DNA from: a virus
Length of the DNA: 64,000 bases
Virus record (IMG/VR): IMGVR_UViG_3300020000_000011
Location: 1-64,000 of that record
Reading direction: 5' to 3' (one strand)
In this document: positions 45,074-53,888 of the stretch, in pieces
How the letters are laid out: the number at the start of each line of letters is the position of its first letter
How positions within the stretch are numbered: the first letter of the stretch is position 1
Made by a program: the position numbers and the translations under genes
The notes under the pieces: generated by a model
Told to the model about the DNA's origin: nothing
Database searches by the model: none
The model's input: the letters and a program-made list of their open reading frames with translations, nothing else

Positions 45074-47029
45074 ATGCCCCGACAAACCATCCTCCACAAC
45101 CTGCACTCCACCAACTCCAGGCTGATGGAACGCTCCGCCGACCTGAACGCTCTCTCGTTCGTCGGCACGATCGCCGGGCCAGGCAAGTACCCGCTGGCCC
45201 GCTACGTCGACAACGGTGACCTGCCGAACCCGCCAGCACCGGCGTGGTACCTGCCCGACACCGGCGACATCTACATCCACGTCGACGACGCCAAGGTCGG
45301 CAGCCCCGAACGGATCCTGGCAGCCGACATCCACAGCACCAGCCTGATATCGAACAAGCAGGCCCGCATCCTCGGCCTGCTGGCCCACGAAGCCGCACAC
45401 GCCGGGATCTCCGACCGGATCACGGTCATCGAGAAGCTGGCCCCGCACCACCAGTCGCTGCTCACCGCGCTGGAAGAACTCCGAGTCGAGAACCACGCAG
45501 TGCGTACCGCACCGCCGGTCCGCCGGTTCCTGCGGGCATCGTTCGGTCTGATCCTGGCCAACCTGCCCGACACGTTTGAGAACAACTCGCACGTCGTCCG
45601 AGCATGGATGCTGGCCCGAGGCCGGACCCTGGCCGGGGTCGCCGCACCCGACGAAACCGACGCCGTCGACACCGCCGCACGAACGCTGCTCGGTGACGAG
45701 ATCATCGACGCACTAACCGACCTGTTGCAGGAAGCGTTGACGCTGCGGCTCGACTCAGAGACGTCCCGCGCTGCGCTGCTGCGAATCTGTGACGAGTGGG
45801 TCGCACTGGTCGGCGAACCTGCCGAGTCGACAAGCTGCACCGGTTGCGCCCGACGGGCACGACCCGGCGAGAAGCCCGACGTCATCGCCGAACCATCCAC
45901 CGGCAAGGGCGAAGGCGACGACGAAGAGGGCGACGAGGGCGCAGGCTCCGGTTCCGGCGACGGCGACGAGCACTACGACGGCGACGACTTCGAATCCGAC
46001 TACGGCACCCCCGGCCAGGACGACCCGGCCGACGACTCCGATCTCGCCCACCTCGACGACGAACTACTCGACGACGAAGATGCCGAACTGCTGAAGATGC
46101 TGATGCGCGAAGTCGCCGAGACGATGGACGACGACTGGAAGAAAGACACCGACATGGTGCAACTCTCCAACGCCGCCGAGTGGGGCGCCAAGATCTTCGG
46201 CAACCGACGCAAGTCGCAGCGAGTCATCGCCAGCCAGCCGACGGCGAAAGCCCGCCAGCACGTCGTCGAGGTCGCCACGGTGCTGTCCAGCCTCGCTCTG
46301 CCCTCGATCACCAAGCAGGCCCGCCCACAGCAGGCGCCCCCAGGCCGCATGCGGTCACGAGAGGCCCTCAGAGCGTCCGCTGAGCGTGCCCAGGGCAAGA
46401 TGATGACCGCCAAGCCGTGGAAGGCCACAGTGCGCCGCCACACGTCAGCCAAGCCCCTCGTGGTCGGTGTCGCCACCGACACGTCCGGCTCGATGAAATG
46501 GGCCGAGTCCGGTGTCGCCGAGTTCGCCTACGTCTACGCCAACGCCGGGCACCGCATCGGCGCCCGCACCGCCGCGGTCACCTTCGGTGATCACGTCCAC
46601 CGCATCGCCCGCCCCGGCGAAGTCCTCAACGAGGTACTGACCAAGACCGCCAACGACGGCACCGAAGAGTTCGACCAGGCAATGGCGGCACTCGACGGGG
46701 TCCTCCACCTGACCACGCCGGGCACCTCAGCACGAATCCTGATCGTCGTCTCCGACGCCCAGTACGTGAAGTCCAACGAGGCCGAGCGTGCCTACCGCTG
46801 GGTGCAGGCGATGATCAAGGCCGGGACGCACATCGTGTGGATCACCGACCGCTCACAGAACATCGCCAGCGGCTCGTACACCCACTGGGTCCGCAAGGCG
46901 ATGCTGCTCCCCGGCTTCACGCTGGTCGGCGCGTTCGACGGGGCCACCGACCGGTACACCCGCTCACACGTCGGAGTGTTCGACAAGCTGAACGAGGTCG
47001 CCCTCGCAGCGATCCGCGGCGCCGACTAG
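45074..47029 (+). CDS. HExxH metallopeptidase-like + acidic linker + VWA domain protein (CobT-like MoxR partner)
   Basis: LLAHEAAH, LEELRVE; DTSGSM MIDAS, GTE, VSDA. Confidence 0.85.
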   Translation: MPRQTILHNLHSTNSRLMERSADLNALSFVGTIAGPGKYPLARYVDNGDLPNPPAPAWYLPDTGDIYIHVDDAKVGSPERILAADIHSTSLISNKQARILGLLAHEAAHAGISDRITVIEKLAPHHQSLLTALEELRVENHAVRTAPPVRRFLRASFGLILANLPDTFENNSHVVRAWMLARGRTLAGVAAPDETDAVDTAARTLLGDEIIDALTDLLQEALTLRLDSETSRAALLRICDEWVALVGEPAESTSCTGCARRARPGEKPDVIAEPSTGKGEGDDEEGDEGAGSGSGDGDEHYDGDDFESDYGTPGQDDPADDSDLAHLDDELLDDEDAELLKMLMREVAETMDDDWKKDTDMVQLSNAAEWGAKIFGNRRKSQRVIASQPTAKARQHVVEVATVLSSLALPSITKQARPQQAPPGRMRSREALRASAERAQGKMMTAKPWKATVRRHTSAKPLVVGVATDTSGSMKWAESGVAEFAYVYANAGHRIGARTAAVTFGDHVHRIARPGEVLNEVLTKTANDGTEEFDQAMAALDGVLHLTTPGTSARILIVVSDAQYVKSNEAERAYRWVQAMIKAGTHIVWITDRSQNIASGSYTHWVRKAMLLPGFTLVGAFDGATDRYTRSHVGVFDKLNEVALAAIRGAD

Positions 47030-47190
47030 GACGGTTCCTCGTCCACGCCCTCGGGCGGGCCGGGATGATCGTCGGGGAGTTCCGGCTCGGGAAGATCCGG
47101 CTCGGGACCGACGGTGTGGATGATCTTCGGGTCGAGTGTCGCCGGTCCGCCGTCCTCGATCATCGGCTCCGGTTCGGGGGTGTCGCTCAT
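47026..47190 (-). CDS. small Pro/acidic protein
   Basis: 54 aa, ATGA-coupled to 47187-47399. Confidence 0.45.
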   Translation of the reverse strand: MSDTPEPEPMIEDGGPATLDPKIIHTVGPEPDLPEPELPDDHPGPPEGVDEEPS

Positions 47191-47399
47191 CTGTCCAAGA
47201 GGGCGTTGCCCAACTCGTCCAGCTTCTGGTCGATCTTGTCCTGAATGGTCTGGACGCGCTGGCGAGCATCGTCGGCCAACTCGGCCAGCTTCGGCCCCAC
47301 CTCGGCCTTGATCTCGGTGACCGCTTGCTTGATCTCATCGACGAGATTGCTGAGTCGGGAGTTGTCCTCTGTGGGTGTGTCTGGGTTGGTGTCTGTCAT
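47187..47399 (-). CDS. coiled-coil hypothetical protein
   Basis: 70 aa amphipathic helix; leaderless after TACCGT. Confidence 0.55.
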   Translation of the reverse strand: MTDTNPDTPTEDNSRLSNLVDEIKQAVTEIKAEVGPKLAELADDARQRVQTIQDKIDQKLDELGNALLDR

Positions 47400-47429
47400 G
47401 GGCGCGACGGTAGCCCATAGTCTGAGCGT

Positions 47430-47837
47430 GTGGCCGAGATGGTGTTCGTCCCCAACGTCGTCAACTGGGAACGCGAGTTCAACGGGCCGACCGGGATGGT
47501 CGCCGAACACATCCGCAAGATCGCCCTGGAAACCACCGCCGAAGCGAAGCTGGCCGCACCGAAGAAGACCTGGCAACTCACCTTCTCGATCGTCCCGTCG
47601 CCGACCGGCGCCACCGAGTGGAAGGTCGAAGCCCAGGCCCGGTACTCGCTGTTCGTCCACGAAGGCACCGCAGCGCACACGATCAAACCGAAAGGCCCCG
47701 GCTACCCGCTCAGGTTCTTCTGGCCGAAGGTCGGCAAGTGGGTGGCGTTCATGTCGGTCCGCCATCCCGGCACCAAGGCGCAACCGTTTCTCACCGACCC
47801 GCTCACCAAGATGATGCGCCGCTACACCAAGCACTGA
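47430..47837 (+). CDS. HK97 gp10-like tail completion protein
   Basis: AP.KT..L..SI, YSLFVHEGT..H.I.P, VRHPGTKAQPFL. Confidence 0.85.
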   Translation: MAEMVFVPNVVNWEREFNGPTGMVAEHIRKIALETTAEAKLAAPKKTWQLTFSIVPSPTGATEWKVEAQARYSLFVHEGTAAHTIKPKGPGYPLRFFWPKVGKWVAFMSVRHPGTKAQPFLTDPLTKMMRRYTKH

Positions 47838-47881
47838 CCCGGTTCCCGTTGGTGGAGGTGGCCGCGGACTAGCCTCGGTCC

Positions 47882-48868
47882 GTGCATGTAGCCACGGTGC
47901 CGACGTACGAAGAGATGTGGGTCCATCCGGCGATCGTCGCCGCACTCTCCGACGGGATGTACACGTACACCCCGGCGCTGCCGTGGGATCCGCTCGTCAC
48001 CTACGAAGTGGGTGAGCACGTGCTCGCCGGGGAGTGCCCGTTCGACGGCTGCATCTACACCGCGTTGCAGTCGAGCATCGGGATCGACCCGACCACCAAC
48101 GACGTCGTCTGGGACTTCAACGAAGCGTTGACCGGTGAACGGCTGCGCCTGTACACGGCAACGACGCAGGCCACATGGCTGCTCGACACGTTGACCGGCT
48201 ACCGCCTCCACGGCTACGAGTCCTGGCTGGAGGACTACCGGGTGCAGTCGTCGACGATCACGCTGCGCCGCCAACCCGTCGCAGCGGTCACCTCGGTCAA
48301 GTCGGTGCACCGCTGCAACCAGATCGGCGAAGAGATCTCCGGGTGGTGCTGGTCGGCAGCGAACCAGGTGTCGCTGGCCTGCTCCGGCGGGCAACCGATC
48401 CCGTGGTACCCGGGGTATATCGACCCATACTACAGCGGGGGTACGATGCCGAGGCTCGGCTGCGGCTGCGACGACAACGTCGTGCGTGTCGCCTACGACA
48501 TCGAATCGAACCTCCCGCCGGGCAGCGAAGGACTGGTCGCCTGGATCGCCGTCGAGTACGGCAAAGCCGCCGCCGGACAGGCGTGCGCGCTGCCGGAACG
48601 CATCTCCAACGTCACCCGTCAAGGTGTCTCGTGGACGATCCTCGACCCGCAGGACTTCCTCGACAAGGGTTACACCGGGATGTCGCGAGTCGACAACTGG
48701 TTGGCCCCACTGAAGATGACGTTGGGCGGCAGGATCATCGACCCGTTGCGCTCGACGCGCCTGTTCAGCCAACGCCAAGACCGCGCTCCCGCAGAGCCGA
48801 TCCCACCACCGGCGTCCGGCTACGGCGCCAGCCCCTACGGCACCGGCCCCTACGGAGGATCCTCATGA
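47882..48868 (+). CDS. head-to-tail adaptor
   Basis: A..LL..LTG, CALP.RI..VTRQGVS..ILDPQ.FL..G.TG...VD.WL; N-terminal CBM5/12-like insert. Confidence 0.8.
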   Translation: MHVATVPTYEEMWVHPAIVAALSDGMYTYTPALPWDPLVTYEVGEHVLAGECPFDGCIYTALQSSIGIDPTTNDVVWDFNEALTGERLRLYTATTQATWLLDTLTGYRLHGYESWLEDYRVQSSTITLRRQPVAAVTSVKSVHRCNQIGEEISGWCWSAANQVSLACSGGQPIPWYPGYIDPYYSGGTMPRLGCGCDDNVVRVAYDIESNLPPGSEGLVAWIAVEYGKAAAGQACALPERISNVTRQGVSWTILDPQDFLDKGYTGMSRVDNWLAPLKMTLGGRIIDPLRSTRLFSQRQDRAPAEPIPPPASGYGASPYGTGPYGGSS

Positions 48869-49323
48869 GCGACACCCCGCCAGTCGTCGGCCAAGAACCG
48901 TGGGGCGACGACCTCAACGCCTACCTCGCTGCGCTGGAAGCCCGCATCGCCGCCGTCGAGTCTCGGCCCGAGTACGTGTACAGCAGCTACTCGTGGCAAT
49001 ACTCCAGCGCCGCGCCGCCACCGACCGGCAGCCAGGTGCGGTTCAACAACGCCTCGCTGCCCGCGGCGACGATCATGGTCGCCCGGCTGATCGACAACGA
49101 CGGCGGTGACCGCACCGCCCTGTTCCGTGCTCTCGACGTCGACTCGCACATCCGCATCAACGACTGGGACGACGCCGACACCGCCCACCGGTTCAGCGTG
49201 ACCGGCCCGGTGAGCATCGACGCCACCGATGTCACCATCCCCGTCGTGTGGATCTCGGGCGCCGGGACCATCCCGAACGCCAAGGTCAACGTCAGCTTCC
49301 TCGTCGCTCTGGAGGTGTTCTGA
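48865..49323 (+). CDS. minor tail/virion protein
   Basis: P.VGQ.PWG..LNAYL; PP.G.QVRFNN. Confidence 0.6.
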   Translation: MSDTPPVVGQEPWGDDLNAYLAALEARIAAVESRPEYVYSSYSWQYSSAAPPPTGSQVRFNNASLPAATIMVARLIDNDGGDRTALFRALDVDSHIRINDWDDADTAHRFSVTGPVSIDATDVTIPVVWISGAGTIPNAKVNVSFLVALEVF

Positions 49324-50219
49324 TGCCTGTTGCCAAGACGCAACCGGTCTATCCGCCCGATCCCGGCAAGGCGCTGGAAGCCGACTGGGGGATCGCCGCG
49401 TCCGAACACGTCATCCAACGGTTCGCCGACATCGCCGACCGCAACACGAAGTGGACGACACCACCGACCGGCGCGGTGTGCATCACCCTGGCCCCGTCGC
49501 TGACGTCGTGGATCTACGACGGCTCCCAGTGGATCCCGCTCGGCGGCATCCTGATCGGCGAGATCAAGATGTGGCCCGGGGTGGCGACACCGATCAACTG
49601 GTTCCCGTGCGACGGGCGAGCGTTGTCACGCACCCAGTACGCCGCGCTGTTCGCTGCGATCGGCACCGTGTGGGGACCCGGTGACGGGTCGACGTTCAAC
49701 ATCCCCGACTTCCGCGGCCGGGGACCGATCGGCACCGGCACCGGCACCGGCCTCACCGACCGGCCGTTGGCATCCAAGATCGGTGCCGAAACCGTCGCCC
49801 TCGGAGCGACCGAGATCCCGTCGCACTCGCACACGATCAACCACGACCACGGCTCGGCGGGCACCGGCCCCGGTAGCGCCCACGCCCACACCGGTTACAC
49901 CGGCGGACAGTCGCAGAACCACGTCCACGAAACCGTGCTCGGCGTGTCGTACAACTACGTCATCCAACAAGTCGGTGGCCCGTCGGCGATCCAGTTGCAA
50001 CCCGGCTCGGGTGCGACGGTCACCAGTGGCAACACGACGGCCTACGCGGCGTCGGACCACACCCACAACGTCACGACATACGGCGAAGCGTCGCACACCC
50101 ACCAGTTCGACATGCCACCGTTCGGTGGCTCCAGCGGCAACACCGGCTCGGGCGCGGCGCACAACAACATGCAACCCTCGGTCGCGGTCGGGTTCATCAT
50201 CTTCGCCGGGGCCGGATGA
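49323..50219 (+). CDS. tail collar domain / short fibre protein
   Basis: GEIKMW..P.NW..CDG..LSRT.YAALF..IGT.WG.GDGSTFNIPDFRGR; HxH repeats; HNNMQP. Confidence 0.9.
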   Translation: MPVAKTQPVYPPDPGKALEADWGIAASEHVIQRFADIADRNTKWTTPPTGAVCITLAPSLTSWIYDGSQWIPLGGILIGEIKMWPGVATPINWFPCDGRALSRTQYAALFAAIGTVWGPGDGSTFNIPDFRGRGPIGTGTGTGLTDRPLASKIGAETVALGATEIPSHSHTINHDHGSAGTGPGSAHAHTGYTGGQSQNHVHETVLGVSYNYVIQQVGGPSAIQLQPGSGATVTSGNTTAYAASDHTHNVTTYGEASHTHQFDMPPFGGSSGNTGSGAAHNNMQPSVAVGFIIFAGAG

Positions 50220-50674
50220 CCCCGCTCGGGTTCGCTCAGGCGCTCGCCGTCGACCTGGCCCCACCGTTCCCGACGGGCGGGCCGCTACCGGACCCGTTCC
50301 ACGCCCAACTCGGCGACGTCGTCATCGACTGCCCGGGCACCTACGTGACGATCCAGACGATCACCGACGTCGACCCGACCGGTGGCGGTGGCCTCGGGAA
50401 CCGGAACTGCGACAAGATCGAGATGGCGACCGTGATCATCATCGCCGCTCGCGACTGCTCGTTCGTCGCCAACGAGGACGGCACCACCGACTGGTCGAAG
50501 CAGGACGCCGTGTCCGCCCAACAGGACCGTGACGCCGAAGCGTTGCGCGAGCAGTGCGAGAAGTGGCGGGCCGACGCCTGGTACATCCCGCCCGGGGTCC
50601 CGGTGACGTTGGTGTACGCCAACACCGGCAATCTGGCCTGGGTGCAGATGACGTTACAGTTACCGATCCCGTAG
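50216..50674 (+). CDS. tail terminator-like protein
   Basis: VVIDC..TYV, IIIAARDC, DAE.L; position among connector genes. Confidence 0.6.
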   Translation: MTPLGFAQALAVDLAPPFPTGGPLPDPFHAQLGDVVIDCPGTYVTIQTITDVDPTGGGGLGNRNCDKIEMATVIIIAARDCSFVANEDGTTDWSKQDAVSAQQDRDAEALREQCEKWRADAWYIPPGVPVTLVYANTGNLAWVQMTLQLPIP

Positions 50675-50684
50675 ATTCGGGGCC

Positions 50685-52208
50685 ATGACCACGATCGCTC
50701 CTGACGTCGACATCGACGACATGAGCATCATCGAACAGATCGCGCTGCTCGACGACGACGAACGCGACCGGTTGATCGGCGACTTCGACGAGCACGATCT
50801 CCACGACCCGGAACTGTGGCTCCGGCCGTCGCAGCTACGAGCACTGCATGACGTCGCTGCGATCGTGGCGATGCTCGCCGGGCGTGGCGCTGGCAAGACC
50901 CGTGTCGGTGCCTCGTGGTCGATCGAGAAAGCCGAAGCGGAACCCGGCTCGATCGGTCACCTCGTCGGGCGGACCGTGTCCGACTGTCGTGACGTCATGA
51001 TCCAAGGCGAGTCGGGGATCCTCGCCCTGTCCCGGCCGGACTTCATGCCGACGTACACGCCGTCGCTGCGCCGGTTGGACTGGCCCAACGGCTCGCACGC
51101 GTTGACGTTCTCGTCGGAGGAACCGTCGCAGTTGCGTGGCCCGCAGTCGAACTGGACGTGGGTCGACGAGATGGCCGCGCTCAACCACCGGCCGGACAAC
51201 TCGGGGGCGACCGCCTGGGACCACGTCCGCATCGGTACCCGCCTCGGGCCGCACCCGCAGATCTTCGTGACGACGACACCGAAGCGGATCAAGGCGATCA
51301 AGGACCTCGTCGCTGAAGGCCGGACCACCCGGCGTGTGTCGCTGCACGGGGCCTCGACGTTGGCGAACCGGGCGCACCTGTCGGCCGACTACCTGCGGAA
51401 CCTGTTCGACATGTACGCCGGGACCGCGCTGGAGCGCCAGGAGTTGGGTGGCGAACTGCTCGACATCGTCGAGACGGCCCTGTGGCAACCCGACGACATT
51501 GTTATAGCGGACCATACCTTTCTGGAACGGTTCGTCGGAGTCGACACCCTGTCGGTGATCGGTGTTGACCCGGGCCTGACGACCGGCGGTGACGCCACCG
51601 GGATCGTCGTCACCCGCTCCACCCTGGAACTCGGGCTGACAACCCGGCGGGCGCTCGTCGTTGCCGACTGGACCGAAGACGGGCTGCAACCAGAACGGTG
51701 GGCCGCTCGTGTCGTCGAGGCGTGGCGCACCGAACACGACCTGACCGGGAACGTGCCGATCATCGTCGCCGAGAAGAACGCCGGTGGCGAGATGATCGCC
51801 ACCACCATCGAAGGTGTCGCCGGAGAGAACGCGCTGCCGATCGCTCTCGTCCCGGCGTCACGTTCGAAGGCTGCTCGTGCCGAACCGATCGTGCTCGCCT
51901 ACCGCCAAGGGCGCGTCCGCCACATCGAGGACTTCGTCGAGATGCAAGAGGAAATGACCGGCTGGGAACCACCGGTGCCCGGCGTGTCGAAAGGCTCCGG
52001 CTGGTCGCCGAACAAGATGGACGCGCTGGTCACGGCGTTGCGCGCCCAGCTTGTCGACGACAAGCCGTTGCGCCGGTTCGGCCGGTTGGACGCTCAGGAG
52101 ACGTCCGAAGTGCTCCACGTCGAAGAGGCCCGCTGGCGTCGCGGCATCAAGCCGCTCGGGCACATGCCGTGGCGCCAAGAGGCAGAAGACATCGACCCGC
52201 CGTACTGA
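50685..52208 (+). CDS. terL: terminase large subunit
   Basis: AGRGAGKTR Walker A, LRGPQ..WVDE Walker B, VTTTP, IGVDPG, E.NAGG, SPNKMDA nuclease motifs. Confidence 0.95.
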   Translation: MTTIAPDVDIDDMSIIEQIALLDDDERDRLIGDFDEHDLHDPELWLRPSQLRALHDVAAIVAMLAGRGAGKTRVGASWSIEKAEAEPGSIGHLVGRTVSDCRDVMIQGESGILALSRPDFMPTYTPSLRRLDWPNGSHALTFSSEEPSQLRGPQSNWTWVDEMAALNHRPDNSGATAWDHVRIGTRLGPHPQIFVTTTPKRIKAIKDLVAEGRTTRRVSLHGASTLANRAHLSADYLRNLFDMYAGTALERQELGGELLDIVETALWQPDDIVIADHTFLERFVGVDTLSVIGVDPGLTTGGDATGIVVTRSTLELGLTTRRALVVADWTEDGLQPERWAARVVEAWRTEHDLTGNVPIIVAEKNAGGEMIATTIEGVAGENALPIALVPASRSKAARAEPIVLAYRQGRVRHIEDFVEMQEEMTGWEPPVPGVSKGSGWSPNKMDALVTALRAQLVDDKPLRRFGRLDAQETSEVLHVEEARWRRGIKPLGHMPWRQEAEDIDPPY

Positions 52209-52227
52209 GTGGCTACGCTCGCGGTTC

Positions 52228-52476
52228 ATGAGCGATACCGGAGTTTCGTACAACGACGCACCGACGGAGGGCACGGAGGAAGTCGTCATCCCGGCCCCGT
52301 GCGCTGTGTCGATCTACACCGGAGTGATCACCGCCGGAGGCGAGATCGACGACATCGACCGTCGACTGCTCGTCGGCTGGAACTCGGCCGGTTCCCCGAT
52401 CGTGGTCGGCGACAACGGCGCGCTGCGCCTGCTGGAACCCGGCGAAGCGGTCACCGCCCTGGAGTGGTCCGACTGA
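52228..52476 (+). CDS. hypothetical protein
   Basis: leaderless after TACGCT. Confidence 0.55.
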   Translation: MSDTGVSYNDAPTEGTEEVVIPAPCAVSIYTGVITAGGEIDDIDRRLLVGWNSAGSPIVVGDNGALRLLEPGEAVTALEWSD

Positions 52477-52871
52477 TGCCCGGTGTCATCTCGGCACCGG
52501 CGCGCACACCGGTGTTCCTCGTGTGGGGCGCCTACGTGGCGATCACCGGTGCCCGCTCCCATCCTCGTGGCCGTGTGTGGATCCTCGCCGACTCGGCCGA
52601 CATCGACGCTCGGATGACGTGCGTGATCGCCTGGAACGACCCTGTGACCGGACGGGCCACGTACGAAGATCTCGGCGAACTCGCCCAAGCCTCGGTGCGC
52701 CCGAAGAAGCATTCGGAGTTCCACATGATCTCGGGTGAGACGATCATGACTGTCGAGCATCCGTGCGTGTGCGGCGCCGGGCAGGTCGGTAACGCCGCTC
52801 CCGCCGAAGGGCGGATCACACTGACGTACGTCAACCCGTACAACCGGCCGCGTCTGAACCTGCTGACGTGA
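52476..52871 (+). CDS. hypothetical protein
   Basis: TGATG-coupled; CVCG. Confidence 0.6.
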   Translation: MPGVISAPARTPVFLVWGAYVAITGARSHPRGRVWILADSADIDARMTCVIAWNDPVTGRATYEDLGELAQASVRPKKHSEFHMISGETIMTVEHPCVCGAGQVGNAAPAEGRITLTYVNPYNRPRLNLLT

Positions 52872-53035
52872 GAGCCGCGCAGATCGCGATTGCTGTGCTC
52901 GCCGGTGTGCTGATCGCCGCCGGGACCGTGCTGCTGGTCACCGACCGGACCGTGTCCGGCTGGATCATGGGCGGGTTCGGGCTGCTCGGGTTCATGACGC
53001 TGCTCGGCATGGTCGCCGCGGACCGGCGGACGTGA
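52868..53035 (+). CDS. two-TM membrane protein
   Basis: 55 aa hydrophobic ORF. Confidence 0.55.
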   Translation: MRAAQIAIAVLAGVLIAAGTVLLVTDRTVSGWIMGGFGLLGFMTLLGMVAADRRT

Positions 53036-53038
53036 GTC

Positions 53039-53848
53039 GTGGCCACCGCCGACGACGCAGCCGAGGCGGCACGAGCGCGTGACGACATCGAAACTCAGAC
53101 GAAGCTGGTGTACGCAGCGGCGCTCGCATGGGTGGCGTTCCACGGCGAGGACGAGGAACCGGCCAAGGACTCCACACTGGCACGTGCGTCGACGACGCTC
53201 TCACTGATGCTGCTGCGCTCGCTGAAGCGCATGACCCGAGCGCCGGTGCCGATGCCCCGCGGCGAGGACAGGGCCAAGTGGATCGACAGCACCGCCCACG
53301 ATGTCACCAGACGGGCCGTGAAGGACGCGAGGGCGCATTGGTCCACCGTGTACAAGCGGGAGAAGCGCAAGGCCGCTGACGTGTCGCTGCGGACCGTGCA
53401 GACGGTGTTCGCCGACGAGAAGGCATGGTCGGAGGCGGCAGCGCGCACCGAAGCCACCCAACTCGCTGCCGAGTCGGCGATGACGCTGCACCCCGACGTC
53501 GAGACGATCACCGGGGAACCGCACTCCAAGATGTGGATCTCGCGTGGCGATTCGAAGGTCCGCAAGTCGCACCGCCACCTCCACGCCAACGTGATCCCGG
53601 TCGGCGACGCGTTCAAACCGGGCCTGAGCTACCCCGGCGACCCGACCGCCCCGCCGGAGGAACGGTACAACTGCCGGTGCGTCCTGTTCCTGGTGCCGAC
53701 TGCCGAGGCCGACAAGGCGAACGAGGTGTTCAAGGCGGAGGACTTCGTCGGTGACGCCGACGCTCTGGCGGCATCCGGTGTGTCGAAGTGGGACCGTGAG
53801 CAGGCGCGCAGGGACTGGCTCGTCGAGCAAGGATTAATGAACCTCTGA
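53039..53848 (+). CDS. MuF-like minor head protein (short, no toxin extension)
   Basis: ARTEAT, K.WISRGDSKVR.SH..LH, YPGDP.AP.EE.YNCRC. Confidence 0.9.
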   Translation: MATADDAAEAARARDDIETQTKLVYAAALAWVAFHGEDEEPAKDSTLARASTTLSLMLLRSLKRMTRAPVPMPRGEDRAKWIDSTAHDVTRRAVKDARAHWSTVYKREKRKAADVSLRTVQTVFADEKAWSEAAARTEATQLAAESAMTLHPDVETITGEPHSKMWISRGDSKVRKSHRHLHANVIPVGDAFKPGLSYPGDPTAPPEERYNCRCVLFLVPTAEADKANEVFKAEDFVGDADALAASGVSKWDREQARRDWLVEQGLMNL

Positions 53849-53849
53849 G

Positions 53850-53881
53850 GTTGTGGCACCTACCGTACACGGTGCTATACT
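53850..53881 (+). promoter_or_regulatory. early promoter, leaderless
   Basis: GTTGTG..GCTATACT, ATG at 53889. Confidence 0.65.
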
Positions 53882-53888
53882 TCAGACC

